From contig NIVC01001424.1 of the NCBI GenBank assembly GCA_002269645.1, positions 228,062 through 292,061 of the forward strand: 64,000 bases of DNA. Reading direction: 5' to 3'. Of this stretch, positions 11,544 through 23,149 are shown piece after piece. This stretch comes from Macrostomum lignano (taxonomy: Eukaryota). Each line of letters starts with the position of its first letter. Positions within the stretch are counted from its first letter, which is position 1. Both the position numbers and the translations under genes were made by a program. Under the pieces are notes generated by a model. The model was not told the DNA's origin. It saw nothing but the letters and a program-made list of their open reading frames with translations, and ran no database searches.

Positions 11544-11621
11544 TAATTGAAGAGCTATGCACCATGGCAGAGTCGTCATTTTCATCAAAACTCAATCCAA
11601 AATTGATTGCAAATGCAGCAA
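11544..11621 (+). CDS. COMMD2: COMM domain protein 2, exon 2
   Basis: T-rich TAG acceptor, GTGAGT donor; VIEELCTMAESSFSSKLNPKLIANAA resembles COMMD2 VVAEFGRIAVEFLRRGANPKIYEGAA. Confidence 0.8.
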
Positions 11622-11726
11622 GTGAGTGATTTCGCTTGTTTGAAAGAAAAAACATTTTAGAAGTTTTTTTACATAGAAATTCTGAATCAAGTAAAGATAG
11701 TATACTCATATAATAAAAATTTTCAG

Positions 11727-12256
11727 GCAAATGCCAAATTGACAAGGCTGAGATGCAGCGCCTCATTGACTGCCTGTCACTGCTGCTCGAGACCTCAGCC
11801 AGGCTCTCCTGTGAGACCAAAGAGGTCGAAGAGTGCCTCTTGCTGTGTGGGGCGCCTGCAGGTGTAGCCTCAGGAATTGCTGCTCACACAGCAGCCAATC
11901 AAGCTGCTCTGCGAGATCACTTGGCTCACCTGGATTCGGCTGCTCTAGCCCTGTCACCATGCCAACCAACAGCACCTTCAATGAGATCGTCTAGGCCCAC
12001 CAGCCAACAGTCTCTGCCAGCATTTCACTCCCTTCGCTGGCGATTCGATGTTGAAATCGCTTCTCGTTGTCTGGGCGATCAAATTGTCCCGCTGCTGAAA
12101 CTGCACCTGGTCACGCAATCAGCTGACGGCCGCCGCACCAGCCACTGGCTGCAGACTGACCCCAACAATCTGCGACATCTTGTTGAGAGTCTGGAGGCTG
12201 CTCTAACTGCTGGACAGACGAATCACGCTCAGCGAATCGTGCGCTACGTGAAGTAG
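11727..12256 (+). CDS. COMMD2: COMM domain protein 2, exon 3 (COMM domain)
   Basis: LPAFHSLRWRFDVEIASRCL..LQTDPNNLRHLVESLEAAL..TNHAQRIVRYVK matches the COMMD2 C-terminus; AATAAA at 12274. Confidence 0.93.
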
Positions 12257-12442
12257 TAACTGTACAGGCCTACAATAAAACCAAGCCTTCAAAACATTCG
12301 CATGATTCCTTATCACGCTATTTCTAGTTAACCAGCAATAATTGACTGTTATTGATTCGTTATAGTCTGCGGATTTTAATAGCTTGTTCTGTGGCTCTGT
12401 GGAGGGTAGGTATAATTGGTGAAAAGACAGAGGGTCCACTAC

Positions 12443-12813
12443 TCAGATCAATTTGGGTATCTGAGGACCCGATGCCCATTGCACAGATCAATTTGGGTAT
12501 CTGGGGACCCCATGTCCATTGCACAGATCAATATGGGTAGCTGAGGACCCGATGCCCATTGCACAGATCAATTTGGGTATCTGGGGACCCGATGTCCATT
12601 GCACAGATCAATTTGGGTATCTGAGCACCCGATGTCCATTGCACAGATCAATATGGGTAGCTGAGGACCCGATGTCCATTGCACAGATCAATTTGGGTAT
12701 CTAGGGACCCGATGTCCATTGCACGGATCAATTTGGGTATCTAGGGACCCGATGTCCATTGCACAGATCAAAATGGGTATCTGAGGACCCGATGTCCATT
12801 GCACAGATCAATT
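12443..12813. repeat. 40-bp minisatellite
   Basis: (GCACAGATCAATTTGGGTATCTGAGGACCCGATGTCCATT)n, about 9 copies. Confidence 0.95.
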
Positions 12814-13889
12814 AATGATGCCACCATTGCTAATATTTTGTATTACAATTAATACATTTCCTAAATCATTATTGGTTTTTCAGAGATTGTTTATCGCATT
12901 AAAATTGCTTTAATTCTGTCTAATGCGACTGTATAATTCTCATATTATGATAGCACTAGTTGACTCAAATAAAAATAACACCAACAGAATGCAATTACAG
13001 CGCGGCCGCAGATTTGAACAGGAAAGTTTTTTATCCTTTTCTGGTATGAAACTTCAAAGCCCCCCTCTAGTTTATTTGGATATTTTAATTGGATTTAAAT
13101 CAAAATTCGCTGGTACAAAAACCGACCATTACCGCTTCTGTTGAAACTTGAAACATTTCCCAAGCATTGAAGACGCGCCAAGAGCTGAGAGAGACGGGGA
13201 TGTGGAATTATGTATGATAAACAGTAATTATAATTAATAGTAATATAACAATAGCACAGGAAATGCAGCAAAACAAACAGGCCAAAAATTATTGAGTAAA
13301 CAGATAACTTTGAGTTGGGAAGGGGAGGGGGGAATTGCAGCTCAGCTCAGATGGACAGCAGAGGAACCGGGCAGACTAACATTATACTCATCATCACGCA
13401 ATTGAATGCTGACTACGTATGAAATAGTCAATAAAAGTACAGTACGGACTTGTATAAAAAACCGGGGCAATCTCACACAGCATAGAACTCAAATTATTTA
13501 GCAAGCGACCAAGTCTAAATGTACATGACAAACAATAATAGTGTGGTTATATAATAAATTAACAATTGTCTAACGAAAAACAGTTGTTTAACTCTTATTT
13601 AAACTTATTTAATTAAATTACTTGAATATTTAATACTCCATACGAGAACTATTTGGTCAGACAATAGGAAAACAAGCAGGGCTTCAAAGTTATGATTTTT
13701 TCACTCGCTAATTATCGATATCTGATAGCTGCTGATTTTTATACGACTGAATTCTCCATTTGTTGCAATAGCCAACGAGTCTCTGCTTTTAAATAAGTTC
13801 TCTCTTCATTCATTCCAATGTCAGTCTGTCTGTGAGAGCAAGAGAGCACCGATGTTCTTCTGCCAACTCTGAGCTGCCGGTTGCCCCTT

Positions 13890-15104
13890 TTACCAGCCGC
13901 CGCCCCCGCGTCCGCCCCCGCGATTGAAGCCGCCGCCCCCGCCGTATCCGCCCCTGCCGCCGAAGCTGTTATTGTAGCCACCAATGCGGCCAGGCGGGCC
14001 CGAGTAGCCCCTGGCAAAGCCGCGACCTCCGCCTCGGCCGCCGCGGAAGTTGCCATGGTGATGGTTACGGGGCACGTGCCCGAAAGTCTCCGTGTTGAGC
14101 TTGCGCTCCTCTCGCCAATTCGGCCTGCCACCTCCGCTGCCTCCGCCGCTGCCCCTGTCCACAGCCTCCGAGCTGATGTTGTCGAAGAACGACTTGGACT
14201 TGTTGTAGCCGCCAGCCTCGTCGCCTTCATTCGACGCGGCGTCGCCGGCTGCGTTGCCGCCGCCGCTGTCGTTGCCGCCGTCCTCGCCGGCGTCGGAATC
14301 GGCGCCAGACACGGAGATTTTCTGCAACTCCTTAGCCAGGTCTTCGTTCGCCGATTCGAAATCGTAGTCGCCTTCGAACTTCACGCCGCTGCCTGAGCGG
14401 GGCGGCCCGCCGCCTCCGCCGCCGCCAAAGCTCTGCGGAGGCATCGGCCGTCCGATTCCGCCGCCGTGGCCGCCGCGATAGCCGATGGGCCGACGGAAGC
14501 CGCCGCCTATTGGCATCGGGCCGCCGCCACCGCGGAAGCCACCGCCTCCACCGCCGCGGAAGCCTCCGCCACCGCCGCCGCCGCCACGGAAGCCACCGCC
14601 GCCACGGAAGCCACTGCCGCCGCCGTCACGGAAGCCACCGCCGCCGCCGTCACGGAAGCCACCGCCGCTGCCGCCGTCACGGAAGCCGCCACCGCCTCCG
14701 CGGCCTCGACGAAACTCGACTGAGCCCATCGAATGCTGCTGCTGCTGCTGCTGGTGCTGATTCTGGTAGCGAGTTGGGCCAGTGTCAGGCCTGCGATTCT
14801 CAAAGTTGCCACCGCCGCTGTATTCGCCGCGCTGATGCTGCTGAGGCTGGCGTTGCTGCTGCTGCTGCTGCTGGTCCTGGCGTCCCCGCTGATGTCCACC
14901 TGGTGGCGCACTTGATGGCTGCTGCTGCTGGTGCTGCTGCTGGTGCATCATCTGCTGATTGTTCATTGGCGGAGGCGGGCCTTGGTTAGACCGGGCATTT
15001 TGCTGCTGCTGCTGGCGGGGCATCGGCTGCGGAGGCGGCGGTTGGCTTACAATGCTAGCCATTGACGGTGGCGGCAGCTGCGGTGGACCGCCCGAGCTGC
15101 CGAA
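13890..15104 (-). CDS. LSM14: LSM14/RAP55/Trailer hitch, exon 2 (FDF, FFD, TFG boxes; RGG tracts)
   Basis: VKFEGDYDFESAN, YNKSKSFFDNISSE and ERKLNTETFG motifs; GCAG acceptor in phase 0; TAA stop. Confidence 0.93.
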   Translation of the reverse strand, partial: FGSSGGPPQLPPPSMASIVSQPPPPQPMPRQQQQQNARSNQGPPPPMNNQQMMHQQQHQQQQPSSAPPGGHQRGRQDQQQQQQQRQPQQHQRGEYSGGGNFENRRPDTGPTRYQNQHQQQQQQHSMGSVEFRRGRGGGGGFRDGGSGGGFRDGGGGGFRDGGGSGFRGGGGFRGGGGGGGGFRGGGGGGFRGGGGPMPIGGGFRRPIGYRGGHGGGIGRPMPPQSFGGGGGGGPPRSGSGVKFEGDYDFESANEDLAKELQKISVSGADSDAGEDGGNDSGGGNAAGDAASNEGDEAGGYNKSKSFFDNISSEAVDRGSGGGSGGGRPNWREERKLNTETFGHVPRNHHHGNFRGGRGGGRGFARGYSGPPGRIGGYNNSFGGRGGYGGGGGFNRGGGRGGGGW

Positions 15105-15473
15105 CTGCTCGAAATCAGATTTATAAAAATGGGTTGCTTTAGTTCGAAGATGGAATTTGGAACTTTAGAAATTCAAAGTTTGTTGAAGAGTTTTAGCAAT
15201 TAGCCCAAGGGAACATTGGGGCCGGACTATTCGAGGATATCATGGGGCTTTAAGACTTAACAATATTTATTTAGAAACTTTGGAGAGCTTTGTTGTAAGC
15301 TTGGTGATATTGCGATTGCGATATAAGCTTGGGGATTAAATTAAGGATTTTGGGGAGCTGAGGTATCAGCTTGGGGACATGGGGAGCTGGGGGATTGACT
15401 TGGGGATATTGGGGACCTGGGGGATTTACTTAGAATTAGTTTAAAGTGACTTAGCTCCTCAGCGACAACTCAC

Positions 15474-16019
15474 CATTTTGCTGATGCCTAACGGTCCACC
15501 CGAGCCCATAGGCGGCTGCGACATTGGGGGCGGCCCTCGGGCCGATGCCATCGGTCCAGCAGCATTGGAGAACTGCTGCTGCTGCTGCTGCTGCTGATGC
15601 TGAGGCGGCAGCGGCGGCGGAGGCATGGAAGTCTGCGGTGGCACACCCGGGGAGGTGACATTCGGCGGCTGTGTGGGCATCCGCGGGTAGCCGGGCGGCG
15701 GCGGTGGCGTGCTGGGCTTGGTGTCAATTTTCACAATTGCCGGGTCCTGCTGCACCAGACCGCCGCTGGGCTTGGGCGGCTCGCACACGTGCAAGTCGCT
15801 GATGTCGCTGCCACGAAAGATGATGTACTCGTACACCTCGTCCCGGGGCGGCACCGGCCTATCGCACGGCCGGTCCTCGGTGCCAAATGACTTCACTTTC
15901 GACAGGGCCACAGTGGACTCCACCGTGTCGATGGTGTACAGGGTACCCTCGTATCGGATTGCCGCCTTGGAGATTAGGCTAATCCGGCTGCCCAGGTAAG
16001 GCATGGCTCCCTGAGACAT
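15474..16019 (-). CDS. LSM14: LSM14/RAP55/Trailer hitch, exon 1 (Lsm domain)
   Basis: [61 protein letters not shown]; GTGAGT donor after 546 nt. Confidence 0.96.
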
Positions 16020-16175
16020 CTTTGCGTTAATTTGATTATCTACACCACAAGATAATAACCCCTAAATAATTGACGGTCAAAGAAATTGTCCCTGGTCCTC
16101 GACAATGCCTGTCTCAGCAGGCCTGGCCAACTGGCATGAATAAGTAAATGTTAATAGCGAAAATAAATAAATAGC

Positions 16176-17852
16176 AAGCTAGAATGGCACTAGACTGGAG
16201 CTAGAATGGCACTAGACTGTAGAGCTAGAATGGCACTAGACTGGAGCTAGAATGGCACTAGACTGTAGAGCTAGAATGGCACTAGACTGGAGCGAGAATG
16301 GCACTAGACTGTAGCTAGAATGGTATTAGACTGGAGCTAGAATGGCACTAGACTGGAGCTAGAATGGCACTAGACTGGAGCTAGAATGGCACTAGACTGT
16401 AGAGCTAGAATGGCACTAGACTGGAGCGAGAATGGCACTAGACTGTAGCTAGAATGGTATTAGACTGGAGCTAGAATGGCACTAGACTGGAGCTAGAATG
16501 GCACTAGACTGGAGCTAGAATGGCATTAGACTAGAGCTAGAATGGCACTGGACTGTAGCTAGAATGGCACTGGACTGGAGCTAGAATGGCATTAGACTAG
16601 AGCTAGAATGGCACTGGACTGGAGCTAGAATGGCATTAGACTAGAGCTAGAATGGCACTGGACTGTAGCTAGAAAAACACTAGGCTGGAGCTAGAATGGC
16701 ACTGGACTATAGCTAGAAAAACACAAGGCTGGAGCTAGAATGGCACTGGACTGTAGCTAGAATGGTATTAGACTGGAGCTAGAATGGCACTGGACTGTAG
16801 CTAGAATGGTATTAGACTGGAGCTAGAATGGCACTGGACTATAGCTAGAAAAACACTAGGCTGGAGCTAGAATTGCACTGGACTGTAGCTAGAAAAACAC
16901 TAGGCTGGAGCTAGAATGGCACTGGACTATAGCTAGAAAAACACTAGGCTGGAGCTAGAATGGCACTGGACTGTAGCTAGAAAAACACTAGGCTGGAGGT
17001 AGAATTGCACTGGACTGTAGCTAGAAAAACACTAGGCTGGAGCTAGAATTGCACTGGACTGTAGCTAGAACGGTATTAGACTGGAGCTAGAATGGCACTA
17101 GACTGGAGCTAGAATGGCACTAGACTGGAGCTAGAATGGCACTAGACTGTAGAGCTAGAATGGCATTAGACTAGAGCTAGAATGGCACTGGACTGTAGCT
17201 AGAAAAACACTAGGCTGGAGCTAGAATGGCATTAGACTAGAGCTAGAATGGCACTGGACTGTAGCTAGAAAAACACTAGGCTGGAGCTAGAATGGCACTA
17301 GACTGTAGCTAGAATGGTATTAGACTGGAGCTAGAATGGCACTGGACTGTAGCTAGAAAAATACTAGGCTGGAGCTAGAATGGCACTGGACTGTAGCTAG
17401 AATGGTATTAGACTGGAGCTAGAATGGCACTAGACTGGAGCTAGAATGGCACTAGACTGGAGCTAGAATGGCACTAGACTGTAGAGCTAGAATGGCATTA
17501 GACTAGAGCTAGAATGGCACTGGACTGTAGCTAGAATGGCACTGGACTGGAGCTAGAATGGCATTAGACTAGAGCTAGAATGGCACTGGACTGTAGCTAG
17601 AAAAACACTAGGCTGGAGCTAGAATGGCACTGGACTATAGCTAAAATAACACTAGGCTGGAGCTAGAATGGCACTGGACTGTAGCTAGAAAAACACTAGG
17701 CTGGAGCTAGAATGGCACTGGACTGTAGCTAGAAAAACACTAGGCTGGAGCTAGAATTGCACTGGACTGTAGCTAGAACAACACTAGGCTGGAGCTAGAA
17801 TTGCACTGGACTGTAGCTAGAACAACACTAGGCTGGAGCTAGAATGGCACTA
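16176..17852. repeat. 22-bp satellite (GAGCTAGAATGGCACTAGACTG)n with variant monomers
   Basis: About 1.7 kb tandem array starting ~160 bp upstream of the LSM14 ATG. Confidence 0.97.
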
Positions 17853-18358
17853 TAGTTTTGGACTAAATAAAGTGATACTACTGTGATCTTTCACTGTTGA
17901 CTGTAGCTTATATGACTCCATCTGGAGTTTTTATGAGCATTTACATAGACCTAGATTAATCTTTGAGCTTGAATAAACTTGCATTTATTTAGTATTTTAT
18001 GATTTATACAGGCAAACAATTTATTTAGAGTCAATTTCAAACACTTATCTTTAAATATCATTTTAAGCCCAAATCCAAAAATATACTAGATATACAGGAT
18101 GAATACTGTACTTGCTAAAGATACAACTAGTATGAGTATTGTACAATAGTATATCACTAGGTTAATACACATGAATTCTTATATAACTAATTTAAGATGG
18201 TACACATTGTCTTAGTCAAGACACTCACTATCAGGGGGGATTTCTAATTAAATAGACCAAGTTTAAGAGAAATGGTTAGATTATTTTTTGAATGAACCAC
18301 TTAGATATAGAAACAAACCATTAGATAGATACTAACAAGTCATTTTTAGTATATTGGA

Positions 18359-18750
18359 CTAGCTGGGGTAGGCTGTCTGCCAGCAACCAGAATTTTTATT
18401 ATATCCCCCAGGTAGGGTTGCGCAATTTAAATAGAGTAATTATCTTGGCAGTGGGGCCCAGTAAGTTTTCTTATCAGTTGGCTCTGGCACAATCAATTAA
18501 ATTGGCTATAAAGTTTCTTGCAGCGTGCAGGCTGATAAAAAATACAATAAAAAGGCCATTTAAAACAGTTTTTAGAATATTTAATCTCTTTAGCAATGAG
18601 CTAGAGCTTAATAAAAATGCATGTACTGTCCCGGGCACATTTGACATCTTTTGGTGAAGAAATGGCAAAAATTGGTTAAGCTGTTCCGGAGATAATTGAT
18701 TGCCCACATACAAGCAAGCAAGATTTTCATTTTTAGTATATTAGATTAGA
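18359..18750 (-). mobile_element. Short non-autonomous Helitron-like element
   Basis: Minus strand: 5' TCTAATATACTAAAAATG head; 3' GCTGG..CCAGC hairpin plus CTAG joined directly to another TCCAATATACTAAAAATG head. Confidence 0.7.
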
Positions 18751-20019
18751 AGAAGAAGTTTCTATACAATATAGGTAGGTAGGTACATAGTCTTGATTTT
18801 TAGTATATTGGATTAGATAAACAAAAACAATAACAGATTTCACTAGGCTATTTCACTAAATTAATTTGAATTGGTAAGATAACCTAAAACTTAAAAGACT
18901 GTAAATTAAGGTATAAACTTAAATAAATACTTGATTGACCTTGTAAAATTTCATTTCTATTTATCTTACAAAGAGTAACAATACTAAATCACTATTTAAA
19001 GTATTACTACTAAACTTTTTACATTAATGTAAGTTAGAATTTAGTATTGTTTTATTGACTTTATTAGGTATAATTTATAAGTTTTTAAATCTATGATACA
19101 GTTTATCTAAGTATCTTTGTTTTACTCTACTTGTTTTTTTTTATTTTTAACTATGGCTAAAAGATCAACAGGATGTGAATGCAATTACTATAAGTCTGTA
19201 GTTATAGTCATAAGAGCAGCTATTTATTATATGTAGCTGCCATAGGCACTTATTTTACCATATTTGCTATAGGATCCCATAGTTATAACTATTTTGCAAG
19301 TTTATTTTTAGTCTAAGGTTAAATTGTAGTTGATTTATAAATATACTTTAAAAATGTTAAAAAAATTATAAATACAACTTGCAAGATAAATAATAAAGCT
19401 AAAACAAAAAATGATGAAATTTATATACTTCATTTTCTTAAAAATTGCAAATAATAAAATCCATTCATAAGATTTACAACCCAGTCAGATAAAATAGTTG
19501 CAAATTGCAATCTAGTCTTATAGCAACTATAAGCAACTGATATTTTTATAACTAAATAGTACATATAATATAGACTTTTAAATATGGTAAGGGTTGGACA
19601 AAATCTGAATCTTGATTGTCAAGTTCTTGGCATTTTTAAAAATCTCAATCTTGGTTTCAAAATCTCAAAAAGTCAATATTTGCAATTGACTATTTGTAAT
19701 CATGATATTGTGGTTATACCAAATCTTCCAATATGTTTCCTAATATTATTTCAAATTTGAATCAGTGTTGCAATATAATGCCATGGTAGAAAATGATATC
19801 TATGGCCAAAAATGATAGGAAATAGTATTGGAAAATCCTCTAGCCTTTAGCTCTAATCTACTGCTCTTTTTATTACCCTATCTATTGCCTTATTTATCTA
19901 CTTACCATTCTAGCCATTGCTTTATTTACTTATCTATAAAGTGCTATACCTAGTGCTTAGAGGTAGAGGCACTATGTTGTGGCAGCAATTCAAACTTGAA
20001 AATAAAATCACAAAACAAA

Positions 20020-20315
20020 CATACATGCGCAACAGTTGGCCAAGTCGGCCAATCCGGCTGACTGATTTGGCAGCCAATCAAGGAAGTCGCAAAAATGCCC
20101 ACCCAAAAATACCAAAGTAGTAGTACTAAGTAGCTGAGGAGGCATTTTGACTTAATAAGACAGTCATAGTTACTTCTGCCGTTTACCCAAAGTTGCGTTA
20201 AGTTTGCGTTAGGGTTTTTTTACATGTAAGTCACATTTTTGGCCAAAAACTACATTGCATTTTTGTTAAAACTAAGTTGCATGGCTGACCGAATTTTGGA
20301 GGTTGCGCATGTATG
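20020..20315 (+). repeat. Dispersed repeat, direct paralog of 22308-22592
   Basis: Shared AACAGTTGGCCAAGTC..AAAAATGCCCACCCAAAAA..TTTTGACTTAATAAGACAGTCATAGTTACT. Confidence 0.85.
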
Positions 20316-20831
20316 AAAACAAACAGAAAACTTGCTAATTTTATCATACTTATATTTGATTTATATCAAGTTATTAACAAGCTCAATATCAATTAATCAT
20401 TGTTTCTTCATTATCATTGCATTTACAAATAATATTATTAATATTGAAAAAATAATAGTGTAAATGGGCCTACTAGACGCGAATTAGGCTTAATCTAAAA
20501 CCTCAATGATCTTCAAGTGTAGATCTTATGTCTAAAAATCTTTAAAAAATTGATATTGTTTAACCCTTAAAATATGGCATACTAATATATTCTATTCAAA
20601 AATTTGCAAGGCTATCTATTTGCTGTCTTTGGATATAGGAAATAAATAAATTAATTAGTAATGAACACAAAATTTATATTTTACACTATATTCTATTAAA
20701 CAATTTGCAAGGCTATCTATTTGCTGTCTTTGGATATAGGAAATAAATTAATAAATTAGTATTGAACACAAAGTTTATTTAGACTGTATTAGACCTTCTT
20801 TAATGATTTAAAATATAATTCTAATAGGGTT

Positions 20832-21577
20832 CTATTAGAATTTCCCATAGACAAATTGCTTACCAAGATTTGCCTGGAGAAGATTTGCCTATTGAGATCT
20901 GCTTGCTAAGCTTTTCATACTAAGATATAATTTTCATACTAAGAGTGAATTTTTCCCATGAGTAAATTTCCCATGGAGATTTGCCTGCCAAGAATTGCCC
21001 ACAAGTGAATTGCCCCAAGAAATTAAATTTTGCCTATAGAGATGTCTACCAAGCATTGCCCACAAATAAATTGCCCTTAAGTGATTTACCTGCCAAGTTT
21101 TACCTTACCTTACCTATCAAGGATTGCTTATAATGCTTTTTAAAAACATATTTGGCAGCTAGATATTGTCTACATTTCTCTCCTCTCTAACAATATGCAT
21201 TTGATATGCATTTACCATCTAAATTATTTGATTAGATCATTTTTTATTAAAACAATAGAAAAAAAAATTATCTTTCTTTATTAAAAAATAAAGAGGCAAT
21301 AGAAACAAAATCTGTCCTGTGGCTAAATGCATTGCAAGAAAAAAAAGCATTGTGGGCAAAACTTGGCAGGCAATTTACTTATAGGCAAACATTGATAGGC
21401 AAATCTTGGTAAGTAATTCTTGGCAGGCAAATCTTTATAAGCAATTTGCTTATAGGCAAAATTTATAGCTTGCAAATCTTGGTGGAAAAAGCTTGACAAG
21501 CAAATCTTAATAGGCAAATCTTGGCAAGCAATTAGTCTGTAGGCATTTATTGTGCTACCAAAATACAATTCTAATAG
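20832..21577. mobile_element. Putative MITE/foldback with 11-bp terminal inverted repeats and inverted TTGCC(T/C) subrepeats
   Basis: CTATTAGAATT...AATTCTAATAG; left half rich in TTGCC, right half in GGCAA; no TSD identified. Confidence 0.5.
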
Positions 21578-22307
21578 TTTATATATAGATTGAATTATTT
21601 TAAACTATCAATTGTAAATGCTTCTTTTTTTATGAACTCTTTCATATATGTGCAACCTCTAAAATGGCATATTATATTATTATACTTTTTAAATTTTGGT
21701 ACTATAGTTTAGTTTATAATTAGTTTAGTATATATTAGTATATAGCCAACACTTATTTTTCTACATGTAAATGTCAATTGTAACAATGGAAAAAGGTCCT
21801 TTATTGTTGCAGCACAAAAATAAGGTTGTAATTTTTTAATTTGTGTATATTTGGGTCAATTTTCTAATTTTGGTATACTTGGCAAATACCTATTATTCTG
21901 CCTAAAAACTCTAATGTTTGTATCTAAAAATATGAATACAATCTACTTTGGTAATAGCCACTTTGGTAATAGCCACATTGGTAACAAAGCAGATTTAGGT
22001 TTGTCAACTTTATATCTTTATGGTAATTGCCTTTTGTAACAAATAGTTTAAAGTTCAAATATTTTAATTTCATGTATGGTTTGATTTTCTAGTTGAATAG
22101 TTTTATAATTTGTTTTAAATTTGCATGTTAACTTTGTGAAAAATTTGAAAGCAAAGAAAATTAATCAAATGTAGGTCCCATATATTGAAATTAAAAATTT
22201 GAAGTAGTTAATGAAGGGAAAAATTAGATTCTATAGTTTTAAGTCATTAACTCAGATAATCCAATGTATCATATTTAATCAGTTTTAGGATGTCTTGGTG
22301 CACATGC

Positions 22308-22592
22308 ACATACATATGCAACAGTTGGCCAAGTCAGCCAATTTGGCCAACCAATTTGGTGGCCAACCAAGGAAGTGGCAAAAATGCCCACCCAAAAAAA
22401 TACCCCAAGTAGTAGTACTAAGTAGCATTTTGACTTAATAAGACAGTCATAGTTACTCCTGCTGTTTCCCAAAGTTGCATTAATTTTGCCTCAGGTTTTT
22501 TATATGTAAATCACATTCTTGGCAATAAACTACATCACATTTTTGTTAAAACTAAGTTGCATGGCTGACTGAATTTTGGAGGTTGCTCATGT
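22308..22592 (+). repeat. Dispersed repeat, direct paralog of 20020-20315
   Basis: Matches 20020-20315; several differences are CG to TG/CA. Confidence 0.85.
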
Positions 22593-23149
22593 ATATTGGT
22601 GCATATATCTGAGGTATTTAGAAATTAAAATATATTGATAAAAACACTTTTAAACAAGTTAAACATATTAACATTTTTCTGCATCAATCAAAATCTTTTG
22701 AAGTATGCAAGAATGTATTTTAAATATTTTTAATGTTCTTTTTAAGTTCATTGGTATTTTTTTTGGAGCATATCAATTAATCTTCTATATTATTATTCTC
22801 ATTTGTTACCAAAGTGGCTATTATAGAAATGGCTATTACTGAAATGGTTGCTACTAAAATGGACTTTTACCGTTCGTCAATTAGAAAAAATATTGATTTT
22901 TTCCAATAATGAATAAGCTTTGCATGCTTGTTATATCCTTTATAACAAGCCATACTCAGGAAGGTGGCCTGCACGTGGGAATTTTCCCGCGTGCACAAGC
23001 CACGCTAAAATTTTGGCGTGCAAAGTTGGCGTGCAAATAGGGGTCTCAAGCCACGCCTAAATTTTCAGCGTACAAGTTTTTTACTTGGCGTGTAACCTTG
23101 GCATGCAATTACAAACTGACAGTATATCAACAAGTCAGATATAGATGTA

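Noticed and set aside
11677-11690. Possible micro-exon (KILNQ) in COMMD2 intron 2
   Set aside because: It would change phase; direct splicing 11621 to 11727 already keeps the frame and matches COMMD2
13881-14989. Plus-strand Ala/Pro/Arg-rich ORFs
   Set aside because: Antisense shadows of the GC-rich LSM14 exon
20575-20780. ~100-bp local tandem duplication
   Set aside because: Simple AT-rich duplication with no further structure
21945-22870. Possible MITE with inverted GGTAATAGCC/GGCTATTAC subrepeats
   Set aside because: Inverted similarity is visible, but termini and TSD could not be defined
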